Assembly: GCA_951406725.2 (NCBI GenBank)
Contig: OX597821.1
Coordinates: forward strand, 57,660,001-57,724,000
DNA from: Octopus vulgaris
Taxonomy: Eukaryota
DNA: 64,000 nucleotides
Reading direction: 5' to 3'
A model generated the notes under the pieces. The model worked only from the letters and a program-made list of their open reading frames with translations, ran no database searches and was not told where the DNA came from. The position numbers and the translations under genes were made by a program. This document shows, piece after piece, positions 28,449 to 41,381 of this stretch. How positions within the stretch are numbered: the stretch's first letter is position 1; the number at the start of each line of letters is the position of its first letter.

Positions 28449-29385
28449 GAATTTAAATGGTTAACCTGGACATAAGCCCATAAAGTTCGGCTAGCGTTGT
28501 CTTCACGTTAAACATTCCAGTTAGTGGATCAAACGCGTAGGTGTGGTCTAAAGCAGGCAATTAACAAATGTAGAAAGTCATGAAAAGATACAATGGAAAT
28601 AAAGCAAATCTAATTTATGATCCAACGAATAGACATCAAAATAATCAGTGGCGCCAATCGGTATATTCAATGCTCATCAAATGCATAAAAGAACTATTAT
28701 TAGTTAAGTAATATAAATTGAAATTCACTGTTTAAATCATGGTTGAAAATGATTGAATTACATAATATGATGTAATCTTTTAAGAGAAGAAAGTTCTACG
28801 GACATAGCTGTTGTAAATTTAAATACAACTCATGTATTTTATTTTATGCATACGCTGCACCAAGAATCCGCCGGTGGGTCGTACCATTGCTAATTTATTA
28901 GATTTGGTATTTACATAAATACAGTATTCTGTCAGTATTTGATGTCTGCTATTCACTGACAGCTCTATATGACTATTTCTGGCGTCTTACACGTTCATGT
29001 GTCTTGATTCTTAATGAATCCTTATAACTGAGTGTGTATAAATATATACAGACAGGGCGGAGATTTTCAGGCCTTGCCTACAATTTAGAAAATTTCTGCT
29101 GGCTTTTCGGAATCCGCATGGCGGCACCACAGCCGGAAACCAATAGCCAAAGGGAGAAAGTCGTTTAACTTCGTGGTGCTTTGATGACCACAGGATGGCA
29201 GCGCGGCCGAAGATAGATGGACAATGGCAAAAGGAGATAATCACCTTGGATTTTACCCTTGAAAACGAGGCTGTTCTCCCTCCATATTTTAAAGAGGCCT
29301 CAGGCCAGCAGTGATTCGGGTCTGAAAATACGCCGTAAGGCTAAACCCCTTATGAGCGAGAAACCCATGGTAATCTCCTAAACTG

Positions 29386-29428
<43 letters not shown>

Positions 29429-29479
29429 GACGTAACAGAGTGACTCGAGATTACTCCGTTAATATTAATAAAAATATAG

Positions 29480-29850
29480 TCGCACGAGTGGATGTGCGGT
29501 AAGTAGCTTGCTTACCAACCACGTGGTTCCGGATTTAATCCCACTGCGTGGCACCTTGGGCACGTGTCTTCTACTATAGCCTCGAGCCGACCAAACCATT
29601 GTGAGTGGATTCGGTTGACGGAAACTGAAAGAAGCCCGTCTTATATATATATGTGTGTGTGTTCATGTGTTTGTGCTTGTTCCCCCAACAACGCTTGACA
29701 ACCAATGCTAGTGCATTTACGTTCGGCAAAAGCGACGATAGAATAAGTACTAGGTTTACAAAGAATAAGGCCTGGGATCGGTTTTCTCGACGAAAGGTTT
29801 GGTTCCAGCATGGCCGCTGTCAAATGACTGAAACAAATAAAAGTAAAAGT
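29480..29850 (+). mobile_element. SINE family A
   Basis: Matches the family A consensus, with an internal deletion. Confidence 0.8.
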
Positions 29851-29907
29851 AAAGTTAAAATGTATATTCATATCCTGAGTTCTATTTCCCCTCTTTGCAT
29901 CAACATA

Positions 29908-29974
<67 letters not shown>

Positions 29975-30047
29975 TTTGATACTTTGATACTTTGATAGGT
30001 TTCGGCCATTATTGGCCCAGGCCATGTCTAACTTAATAGCACCACCT

Positions 30048-30106
<59 letters not shown>

Positions 30107-30140
30107 GTATATATATATATATATGTATATATATATGTAT

Positions 30141-30792
30141 AAATCCTTAAATCCTTAAAAATGTCTTAGCCCGAAGGCCGCGGCCATGCTGGGGCACCAC
30201 CGCTGAATGAGCTACACTAGTTTGTGAATCCACCTCTGATACGTGGCACTTGATCAACAAGGGAGTTCGATGCTGCTGCCCGCATCCGTGTCTCCTGTCG
30301 TGAGGTAGGTTCATCTGGGACTCCCAACAAGAAGAGATCCAGTTTAGTTTTAAAGAAACCCACATCCACACCATGTAAGTCTCTCAGGCATTTAGGGAGG
30401 ATGTTAAAGAGCTGTGGTCCTCTGAAACCCAAGCTGTTGCAGTATCTGGACCTGTATTTTGATGGTGATGTTGGAATCCTTGGCACCACGCAGCGGCGCC
30501 CGTTCTGCGGTTGGAGTAACTTTGAATGCCAAAGTTTGGGACAAGACCCTCCAGGATTTTCCAGATGTATATCACTGCATATCTCTCCCGCCTCCGCTCC
30601 AGGGAGAAGAGGTTTAATACCTTCAGTCTTTCCCAGTAGCTGACATTTTGCATTGAGACGATTTTCTTTGTGTAGCTTCTCTGAGTTGCTTCGAGTTCTG
30701 CTGTTTGTTTTATATTGTGTGGTGACCAAAGTTGGGAGCAGTAGTCCAAGCGGCTGAGGACAAATGTTTTCCATAGGACCATCAGTGTCTCC
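30141..30792 (-). mobile_element. 3' end of a CR1-group LINE (ORF2 C-terminus + short UTR + TTTAAGGA repeats), 5'-truncated, in (TA)n
   Basis: [20 protein letters not shown]...[13 protein letters not shown]...[32 protein letters not shown]; then, after a frameshift, [13 protein letters not shown]...FKTKLDLFL..VPDEP. Confidence 0.92.
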
Positions 30793-30797
30793 TTATG

Positions 30798-30828
<31 letters not shown>

Positions 30829-30843
30829 GTATATATATATATG

Positions 30844-30901
<58 letters not shown>

Positions 30902-31036
30902 ATATATATATATATACATATGTATATATATATATACATATGTATATATATATATATATGTATATATATATGTATATATATATATGTATATATATATATG
31001 TATATATATATATGTATATATATATATATGTATATG

Positions 31037-31091
<55 letters not shown>

Positions 31092-31182
31092 GTATATATA
31101 TATATGTATGTATATATGTATATATATATATAAATATATATATATATATGTGTATATATATATATGTATATATATTAAAATG

Positions 31183-31216
<34 letters not shown>

Positions 31217-31801
31217 TGTATATATTCATATATATATACATTTATATATATACATATATATATATATTCATTTATAAACATGTGTGTGTGTCTGTAAAGA
31301 GAGAACGATTGAGAGAAAGATGGAAAGAAAGAGAGGTGTTTATGAGTGTGTGCCTGTGTGCATGTGTGTGTGTGCGTCCGTGTGTGAAAGAGAGCGAGAG
31401 AAAGTTGAGAGAGAGAGAGAGAGAGAGAGATAAAGAGAAAAAGAAAGAGATCCCAAAGGAAGTGACAAACCGAAAATATTCTTTAACTAACAAGTAGTAA
31501 GTTTATCTCCACTTAGAATCTCTGTTTGTTTTTTTTAAGCATGCGCAAACGGACGTCGCTATACCATTTCAAATTATTTTTCAAAAGTAATGCAAAGGAT
31601 TTATTCCCAGTCGTTCCTATCGAAAGACTATTATACATTTCCTTCTGGAATATGAAACTCTGTGTAATGAGCAGGTATATATTTTCAGTGACCTCCATTA
31701 TTTAATAAGTGTTCTACACTGTTAGATGAAGAAAGGATATCTATTTTTACGAAGTACAATTGTGTCTCATAGAATGTAAAAATGAATGTAACAGAACAGT
31801 T

Positions 31802-31850
<49 letters not shown>

Positions 31851-31986
31851 GTGTGAGTGCATGTGTGCCCGTGTATGTGTGTGTTAGGGGGAAACTGTAG
31901 CATCGTAATGAATCAAACTATTATTTGGAAATGCAAATAAATATTTTTATGAAAGAAAAGAATGGAAAACATATTGGAGAAGATAG

Positions 31987-32119
31987 AGGGGGAGGAGGAG
32001 GAGGGGGAGGAGGGGGAGAAGAAGAAGACGAAGAAGAAGAAGAAGAAGAAGAAGAAGAAGAAGAAGAAGAAGAAGAAGAAGAAGAAGAAGAAGAAGAAGA
32101 AAAAGAAGATGAAGAAGAA
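31987..32119 (+). repeat. (GGA)n/(GAA)n trinucleotide repeat
   Basis: Seen directly; source of the poly-E/K/F ORFs. Confidence 0.95.
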
Positions 32120-32309
32120 TGTCACAGGAGTGATCACAACATAGACTAACGGAGTGACGGTAAGAGTACAGACATCTTAAAAGTAAAGAGACACCTCTCG
32201 TTATTGTTTTATTTTTGCGGACATTACCCGGTACTTCAAACTTGTTAATGGGTTATTATTATTTTTCATTTCAGATTACAGTAATTTAATTGTATATAAT
32301 CTCTAGCCC

Positions 32310-32600
32310 TACTAGAGCAAAAGTGTTGTGTGATTTTCAAAGAGGGAATATTGTCGGTCAATCTGATGGCGGACTTAACCAGCGAAAGTTTGCACAGAAC
32401 CTTCGGATTCTTCTTGCCATAATCAACAGATTGATTGGACAATTCCACTGGAGAAGTAAGGAATTAGCATCATCGCACTGAAGTCAACCTGGACCTTCAG
32501 GCAAGGGTGTTTCTAGAAAGCAATATCCCATTGTAAGGCAGCTGACGTTGCAGAGCAACCCCGAATAAGTTAGAATACTTCTGTGAGGTATCACCAACAA
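32310..32600 (+). pseudogene. Tc1-type transposase N-terminal (HTH) remnant
   Basis: RAKVLCDFQRGNIVGQSDGGLNQRKFAQNLRILLAIINRLIGQF resembles the Tc1 'KELSDFQRG.IVG....G.S.R.IA..L' start. Confidence 0.65.
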
Positions 32601-32642
32601 CTTTGATGGAGATATGTTTATATAAATATTATATATTATATA

Positions 32643-32800
32643 TACTTTATTATAAAAGCTGCAAAACATTAACAGAACGGTTACTTCCCGTTCACCTCCC
32701 CATTCGTCGGACAGAGCTTATCATAACTGTCCGACGAACGGGAACATGAAACTCTGAGTAACAGATCTGTGAATATTTTGCAGCAGCTTTTATAATAAAG
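32643..32800. mobile_element. Short fold-back element with hammerhead
   Basis: ctttattataaaagctgc...ttcgtcggacag / ctgtccgacgaa...gcagcttttataataaag inverted arms around a 12-nt spacer. Confidence 0.75.
32727..32764 (+). ncRNA. Type-I hammerhead-like motif, U4C core
   Basis: ctgt-CCGACGA-ACG(ggaa)CAT-GAAA-CTC(t)GAG-TA-acag; the mirror arm has ATG at stem II, restoring ATG/CAT pairing. Confidence 0.65.
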
Positions 32801-32844
32801 CATATTACTGTACTCTTGGTATTCGAGTATTACGTTTTCCACAT

Positions 32845-32890
<46 letters not shown>

Positions 32891-32893
<3 letters not shown>

Positions 32894-33165
32894 TTAGGGC
32901 AGCGGACTCGCGGTCGTAGGATCGCGGTTTCGATTCCCAGACCGGGCGTTGTGAGTGTTTGTTGAGCAAAAACACCTAAAGCTCCACAAAGCTCCGGCAG
33001 GGAATGGGTGGCGATCCCTGCTGTACTCTTTCGCTGCAACTTTCTCTCACTCTTTCTTCTGTTGACCTGCTCGCTTAGCCAGCGGGGGTGGCGTCATTTG
33101 AAGGCTGAAACAATGCGAAGCGCATTGTGACCAGCGATGTGTAGCAACATCTAATAGCCTGATCG
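32891..33165 (+). mobile_element. tRNA-derived SINE family C (inverted tail fragment follows at 33200-33300)
   Basis: tggttagggcagcggactcgcggtcgtaggatcgcggtttcgattccc tRNA-like head with A/B boxes. Confidence 0.8.
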
Positions 33166-33297
33166 CCCTACATATATATATATATTGTCACGTCACGTGA
33201 CGGACCAGACAATCAGATGTTGTTACACATCGCTGGTCACAATGCGTTCACAATGCGTATCATTTGAATGATACCACCCCGCTGGCTAAGCGAGCAG

Positions 33298-33336
<39 letters not shown>

Positions 33337-34128
33337 ATGGGTTTGTTTCAGTTTCCGCCTACCAAATCCGCTTAAAACGTTTTGGTCGGTCTCATGCCTT
33401 AGTAGAGGACATTTGCCCATGGTGCCATGCAATGGGATTGAACCGGGAACCATGTGGTTGGGAAGCAAACTTCGTACCATACTGCCATTTTGTGTGTTGT
33501 GTGAGTGCGCGCGCGTACATGTATGTATGTAAATATGTATGTATGAGAAATGAATAATATATATGAATTGTAGAAAATTAAAAGTGGATATGACAGTTTC
33601 CTGTCTGAAACACTATTGATAGGAGATTACGGATAAAGTTTAAATATAGCCTCTAAACCACTCCTTTATCCTAGAAAATTTAACGGATTAATCTGGACTA
33701 AGCGTAGAAGTTATTAATAAATATTGGCTGTCTTACAAATGTCAAAACAGGAAATCAGTTCAAGGCGGTGAGCTGGCTAAATTCTTAACACGCCGGGCAA
33801 AATCCTTAGCAGCATTTCATCCGTCTTTTTGCTCTGAGTTCGAATTCTGCCGGGACCAGCTTTGCCTTTCATCCTTTAGTGTGTTAATAAAATATGTACT
33901 GTTAAGCACTGAGGTCGATGTAATCGACTCGCACCTTTCCCAAACTGCTGGCTTGGTGCCAAAATTTGAAATCAATATTATACAAATTTGTAAGACGGTG
34001 AATTGGCAGAATCGTTACCGCGACGGACAAAATGTTTGCCGACATTTCGTCCGTTCTGAATTCATATTCCTCCGAGGTCGACTTTGCCTTTCATGCTTTC
34101 GGCGTCTATAAAATAAGTACCAGTTGAG

Positions 34129-34177
<49 letters not shown>

Positions 34178-34327
34178 CTATCTATCTATCATCTCTATCT
34201 ATCTATCCATTTATCTATTTATATGTCAATAAATCTTTGTATGCATGTATGTATGTATGTATGTATGTATGTATGTATGTATGTATGCATGGATGTATGT
34301 ATGCATCTCTCTCTCTCTCTGTATATG

Positions 34328-34382
<55 letters not shown>

Positions 34383-35277
34383 ATACTTGTACAAAACTAA
34401 CGCTGAAGTCGAGCCTCTCAGTATAAGAGTTATTCCTTTTGCAAAGTATTTAAAAGGAAGAGGAAGAACTCAATGAAGAACTCGAAAGATATTATCTCTA
34501 TCAGTGTATTGATCTCTTCCGTCCCTGCTGCTTATATCTGTTTAGAACAGAAAGTAGGACCTTAGATGCAAACACACAAACGCTCTTAAGAAGACATTTA
34601 GTCGTCGTATTTCTACGCACATACATTTCATTGGGAATGTAACTAACAAAGCCAAATACTTTGCTGACGTCATTAAGGGCTGATCGCAGATTGGCTGCTA
34701 TATTTATACAGCACGAAACATATTAATGCCAAATGCGGACCGGAAAAGCTTACTGAATCACAAACAATTAGTAACAGAGTACCAAAGTTACAATTCACTC
34801 TCCATTGTTGTTTTGCATATCCAAATAGAACTCCATTCAATCAAATATGTTTTACATTTTATTCATGTATATATACATACAAGTTAATATATATATACTT
34901 ACTCAATCTATTACTCGTTTATTCTCTTCTTATCTACCCTTTGATATCCTGAGAATTTCCAGTGCTAATAAAATATTTAATAAATCCTTTCTATTAATAG
35001 TAATTGTTGCAACTTCTAGAATCTCGTTTTAAATATTTACACAAAATATTGCATTCGCTACGTCCCTATTTAATCACGACGGCATTCTTAACTGATAAAT
35101 AGTATCTAGCTTTTTATCGGATACATTAACAAATGAATTTGTGTATGCGTATGTTTAGATGTTTAGTACGGATTTGTATTTCTCTTTGTGGCGTTCTTTT
35201 TTGTGTGTATATATATATAGAGAGAGAGATAGATAGATATCTAAATGTCCTTATGTATAAATTATAATATATATATT

Positions 35278-35497
35278 TCTTTATTGTCCACTGGGGCTAA
35301 ACATAGAGGAGACAAACAAGGACAGACAAAGAGATTAAGTCGATTACATCGACCCCAGTGCGTACCTGGTACTTATTTATTCGATCCCGAAGAGGATGAA
35401 AGGTAAAGACGACCTCGGCGGAATTTGAACTCAGAACGTAACGAAACACCGCTTAGCATTTTGACCAGCGTGCTAACGCTTCTGCCAGCTCGCCGCT
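35278..35497 (-). mobile_element. SINE family B (tail type gtttagccccttgtggg)
   Basis: Reverse complement of the family B consensus. Confidence 0.8.
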
Positions 35498-35724
35498 TTG
35501 TCCATATATATATATATATATATAAATGATATATATAAATGATAATAACAAAAATGTGGAAAGTGAGAGAATGGAGAAAAAATTAGTAACAAGCAACTCT
35601 AACTTACATAACAATATAATTATAGATAAGGGAAATAATACTAATGTCAACAGTAGCTCTAATAATAACAATGAAAACAGCTTGTTCCTAAATAATACTA
35701 ATATCAGAAATCACCCCCACCCTC

Positions 35725-36150
35725 AGTTGTAATTGTAGAATTAGATCAAGGTGTCCGGTATCTGGTCGGTGTCTAGTCCAAAACGTAATTTATAAATGTA
35801 CAGTAATGACTTCAAATAATAGCTATTTTTATTTTGGATGTTCGATAGATCTGAAAAACGCTTAAACAATCATTTATCTAGTTTTAGATTTAAACATAAG
35901 GCGGGTTGCACAACGCTGTCTAGTAAAATTTGGGAATTGAAAGGAAAAAATATCGAGTTTAACCTAAAATGGGATATAATAAGAAAGGCACAGCCTTATA
36001 AAAATAGTAGTGATGGATGTGAACTTTGTTCTATGAAGACATATAAAATTCTGAAACATAGGAATAATATAAACGTATTGAATAACCGTTTTGATCTAGG
36101 AGTATCCCGCATACATTGTGCAACCCGTACTTTTAAGTATTTTAAATAAT
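35725..36150 (+). pseudogene. GIY-YIG endonuclease C-terminal fragment of a second Penelope-like clade (possibly Naiad-type)
   Basis: CNCRIRSRCPVSGRCLVQNVIYKCTV...YFG, frameshift, KRLNNHLSSF...TTLSSKIWELK...LKWDIIRKAQPY...CELC...LNNR; preceded by an Asn-rich linker. Confidence 0.8.
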
Positions 36151-36414
36151 AGCATTCTGACTATTCCTAAATTTTCAAATCTTAATGTTTTGTAACCAAA
36201 TAAGGAAATAATATACCATACTAGTTTTTATTTAACCTGCATAGATTATTAAGAAATTTAATAAAATAAATAAATTGAATAAAGTGAAATAAAATCTTTT
36301 AAAACTTTTCTATTTAGAATTGCATAAATTCCATATATCTAGTGAACTTATTAAGTTCATCTTGATTACCTGCCTTCCATTACATCTTAAAATATTTCAA
36401 AGGCTCTTGAAATA

Positions 36415-37200
36415 ATCCGTTTATCTGTCCTTGTTTGTCCTCTCTGCGTTTAGCCGCTTGTGAGTAGTAAAGAAATAGGTATTTCGTCTGCCGCTACATT
36501 CTGAGTTCAAATTCCGCCGAGGTCGACTTTGCCTTTTATCCTTTCGGGGTCGATTATATAAGTACCAGTTACGCACTGGGGTCGATATAATCGGCTTAAT
36601 CTGTTTGTCTGTTCTTGTTTGTTCTCTCTGTGTTTAGCCCCTTGTGGGTAGTAAAGAAATAGGTATTTCGTCTGCCGTTACGTTCTGTGTTCAAATTCCG
36701 CCGAGGTCGACTTTGCCTTTCATTCTTTCAGGGTCGATAAATTAAGTACCAGTTACGTACTGGGGTCGATGTAATCGACATAATCCCTTTGTCTGTCCTT
36801 ATTTGTCCTCTCTATGTTTAGCCCCTTGTGGGCAATAAAGAAATAAGAAACGTAAGCGTACCTGGCGAAATACTCTGCGGTGTTTCGTCTGTCTTTACGT
36901 TCTGAGTTCAAATTCCGCTGAGGTCGACTTTGCCTTTCATCTTTTCGGGGTCGATAAATTAAGTACCAGTTGCGTACTGAAGTCGATCTAATCGACTGGC
37001 CCCCTCCCAAAATAGTTAGCACGCAGGGAAAAATGCGTAGCGGTATTTCGCCTGTTTTTACGTTCTGAGTTCAAACACCGCCAAGGCAGACTTTGCCTTT
37101 CATCCTTTCGGGGTCGATAAATTAATTGCCAGTTGCGTTCTGGGCAATCTAATCGACTGGTCCCCTCCCCCAAATTTCGAGCTTTGTGTCTAGAGCAGAA
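36415..37200 (+). repeat. Head-to-tail array of SINE family B units (~185 bp period)
   Basis: gtttagccccttgtggg.agtaaagaaata...gttcaaattccgccgaggtcgac repeated 3-4 times. Confidence 0.85.
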
Positions 37201-38004
37201 ATTTATCTAATTCATTGTTATCGTCGATTAAAATGCTTCCTGCCAATTCAGTTATACTCTGTATTGTTAATTATAATTCTGTGGAATACGTTTGTTTACA
37301 GAATTGTTTTAAAATATATATTATTAACAATAATCAAATCATCTTTACATTTAAATGTATAATTAATTTCCATTATTATGTTTCGATTTATTGTAGTAAT
37401 TGTAAAGAAACTTTTGTGAAGAATAACATCAGCTTGTATTTATCTGTCATACATCCTCAACGAAAATGGTTTTAGAAGCAGGCGTGGATGTGTGGTTAAG
37501 ACGCTAGAAATGAAATATCATTTGGTGAATTTGAATACATAATCGAGTATCTTGTAGTTATGCCTTGCACAATTTCTTATGATTCAACACATTTCAGCGT
37601 CGTACTAATGAGTAATGTCCGCAGAGATAGAACGGTATAGCGAGGGCTGTCTATTTTCTTTTGGGACGTTTGTGTAAACCAAAACCCGCCTGTTTATTCA
37701 ATGAATAGACAGTTCAGTTAATGGAATAACTAGAATATTCACTGTCGAAACTAAGAGGGAATCCGTTTATTTGCATATTCTTTTCATCTGGTTTCCTCGC
37801 TATGTATTTCTAACTCAGTTTCTATTCTAATTAACGACATTCCTCGTTTAGTATCTTCTCTCGTTCTCCTTAATAGTCCCTTCCTGTATCTGTCCATCTG
37901 TTTCCCTCTTACGTATAAGTGTGCATGTATATGTGGCTGTTGTTCGTTTCCGTTGTGTGTGTGTGTGTGTGTGCGTGTAATTGTGTGTATGTGGTTGTCT
38001 TATA

Positions 38005-39080
38005 TCGTCAATCACCACATTACAATATACATTCACCATGAATATACGTCGTGCTGAAATCGAGGAAGGCAAACTAACAGAATTTTTTTTAAAATTCGTT
38101 ATCTATATATTGAATCAATTTCGGGATTAATCCCACGGATTTTTTTCCTCTTCAGTAGAGAATACGATAAGAAATAAATGAAATACTTACAAACACCCAT
38201 GGAAAAAAGCAGAAGCAAGAGTATCCCTGTTATATCTAGATGTAAAATCCTTTAGCAAGCCTCAGCACACGTGTGACTGGTCACGAACCACAACTTTTAG
38301 TGGTTACCACTCCCGAAGTGAATGGTAGTAAATTTAACTCTAATGTAGGATAAAAAATTTTCCCAAAAAATTTCATCGAAGTGGCAGCATAATAAAATAC
38401 CTTTAAAGGCTAAAATTATAAACACTATAAATCCCGAAATTGATTCAATATAGAGATAACGAATTAAAAAAAAATTCTGTTAGTTTGCCTTCCTCGATTT
38501 CAGCACGACGTGTATTCATGGTGAATTTATATTGTAATGTAGTGATTGACGATTTAAAGTCTAATCTCAGCATATTGGCATTGAAGTCGTTTTCCTTTTG
38601 CCCTTGTTTATAATTGTTTATAATTTTCACCTTTAAAGGTATTTTAATATGCTGGCCACTTTTCATGGAATTTTTTGGGGAAAAAGTTTTATCCTATATT
38701 AGAATTAAATTTATTACCATTCACTTCGGGACAAGTAACCACTAAAAGTTGTGGTTTGTGACCAGTCACACGTGTGCTGAAGCTTGCTAAAGGATTTTAC
38801 ATTTAAATATAACTGGGGTACTTATGTGAACACATGACACGTGCTTCTACTTTTTTCCATGGGTGTTTGTAAGTATTTCATTTATTTCTTATCATATTCT
38901 CAACTGAAGAGGGAAAATTCCGTGGGATTAATCCCGAAATTGATTCAATATAGAGATAATGAATTTTTTTTTAAATTCTGTTAGTTTGCCTTCCCTGATT
39001 TCAGCACGACGTGTATTCATGGTGAATATATATTATAATGTGCTGATTGATGATTTCAAGTCTATTCACAGCATATTGGC
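38005..39080. mobile_element. Retrozyme-like element: 500-bp monomer in ~1.3 tandem copies (+) preceded by an inverted arm (38005-38424)
   Basis: atcccgaaattgattcaatatagag at 38431 and 38931 (period 500); 38005-38424 is a diverged reverse complement of about 38610-39050. Confidence 0.8.
38898..38955 (+). ncRNA. Type-I hammerhead ribozyme with canonical CUGAAGA core (mirror copy at about 38101-38160 on -)
   Basis: ctcaa-CTGAAGA-GGGA(17 nt)TCCC-GAAA-TTGA(t)TCAA-TA-tagag; the mirror copy has ctcta, so consensus stem I ctcta/tagag is perfect. Confidence 0.75.
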
Positions 39081-39476
39081 TTAACGACCGGTGTTGGTGT
39101 GGCAGTTCGGCAAAAGGAAACGATAGAATAAGTATCAGGCTTCAAAGAAAGAAAAAAAAATAAGTACTGGAGTCGATTCATTGCACTAAAAATTCGTCAA
39201 AGTGGTGCCCTAGTATGGCGGCAGTCTAATGACTGAAACAAATAAAAGATCATATATATATATACACACATACACACACACATATATATATATATACATA
39301 CATACATATATACGTACATACATGCATATATACATATATATATGTAAACATGCATATGTACAGTACACATACATATATATACACATATACATACACACAC
39401 AAGCATATATTCATACATATATACATGCATACATATATACACTCATACATACATATACATATATACATACATCTAT

Positions 39477-39548
<72 letters not shown>

Positions 39549-40549
39549 TCATTTTTCTTACATTTATAGATTTGATTGCGAGTAATGAAAATGGTGACAT
39601 TATTTTCTGAAACTAATTGTTAAACACTTGTATATCGTTCTTTCACTTATAAATCTTCCTCATTAATGCAATGCTTTCAGACTCTACTACACAAACGTTT
39701 ACCTATTAATTACTCTAATTATATAGATTGTTTTTGAGTTACAGGCGAAATTCTATAGAATACATTGTTAAAATTGCTTGCAAATCTCAATGATTAATTT
39801 TGTATTCTGAAATTTGCTCTGTAGAGTGTAAAGCATAGATTATTTGAAAGTTATTAAGAAATCACTATATTAACATTTTCTATAAAAATATAAGCAGTTT
39901 TCTCATAAATCTTTAATCTCAGTTTATATTGTGTACAAATTATCCACAATTATTTAGCTCCAAATTTCTTTTGAATTTTCTAAAATTATAGCTTAAATAT
40001 TTGTGCATTTCATGGGTTTTAAATAACCTCATCAAAATATGACAGACATTTTGATCTGTATACGCGCGTGCGTGTGTGTATGCTTATCTATTTATCTATA
40101 TATCTATCTATACACACAGACACATATTGAGTTGTCATCTCTTTCTTCCAATGTTATTTTTGAATAAACGCCAAAATATTTTTACTGTAGTGTTTATATG
40201 TTTTTTTTTTTAGTACTAATTTTCCTCTGCAACTTTTGTTTATCGTTTTCTATTTCCTAAATTTGAACAAATTTTGCCTCAATTCAGACACGACGATGAA
40301 GTGCCAAGCAGAAAAAGAATGACCGCAGGGTCAGTTTTATCGACTTAGCTCCTCCACTTACGCCAAATTTTGAAGCAATATTTATAGCTTTATCTGCTTC
40401 CAGCTTCAATTACTGAACAAAATTATTTTACCTCTCTCGATTTTCTATAAAAATTATTAATTCTTATAACGTAAACAGCATAAAATTCACGCGGGTAAGA
40501 ACAAAACTTTCTTCCTTTCTTCTAAAGCGATGTGTATATTCCTTCTAAA

Positions 40550-41381
40550 GGAACAGAAACATCATAAAATTCGTGGATACTTTGAGAAGCCTTCATGTGC
40601 TAAATGAAAAATCGGAAGAGAAAGATCAATATTAACAGTTTTGTAATATTTGAGAAACTGCCTTCAATTCTTGTAGTGAAGACCACGAACTTGCACGATA
40701 TGTAGAAAATTAAATTATGCAGCATTGGAAAATGAATGCAGCTGGTATTTTGAAGAACTTTGCGATGAAGAGTTAGATTCAGTTCGAAATCTATTCCAAC
40801 TGCCAGTTGAAAAACTTTCTGATGACTCTCACAATAAATTCCTGAAAGTAAAGAATGATTCGGAAGCAAGTGATATATTTGATGAAGAGTCAAGCACAGA
40901 ATGTTGAGCCTTGATGTTTCCATTTCTACTCAAAAGTAGACAAAAGAGATATCTAATTGTACATGAAAACGAAGTAGATTAGAAGTTGAAAATAACCTGC
41001 ATGGAGGCCTTTTTGTATCACGGAATTGGCGAAGAGGAAACAATCCAGGATTCTCATTAGCATAAAGTGATGTTCTACAAAATTCTTTTGTTCACCTGAG
41101 TGTGTTCGGTTTGTCCGTTAAGTAATTTGGTAAAAATTCTATAAACGATTGTGCTTTATTTCAAGATTTTAAATCCAACATTATTAAGTTCGTAAAATCC
41201 CTTTATAACAATTATCCAAACCAATGTCTATATATATAGAGAGAAAAATAGGGTGTTCAATGTTATATACATAGTATATTATGAAAAAACCCCTTTAAGT
41301 CAGATAATCTAAGAAAGTGGGGAATGGCATTCTGGCTTACAGGGAAAAGTGTGCAGGGACCAAAATGTTTGAGAACTACTG
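40550..41381 (+). mobile_element. hAT (Charlie/Buster-type) transposon 3' remnant
   Basis: LENECSWYFEEL...VRNLFQL...FLKVKNDSEASDIF, RSRLEVENNL, terminal ..DSH*; right end tgtttgagaactactg typical of Charlie TIRs. Confidence 0.75.

Noticed and set aside
36415-37200. Regularly spaced repeats suggestive of a CRISPR array
   Set aside because: Units are ~185-bp SINE copies with no unique spacers; eukaryotic context with no cas genes.
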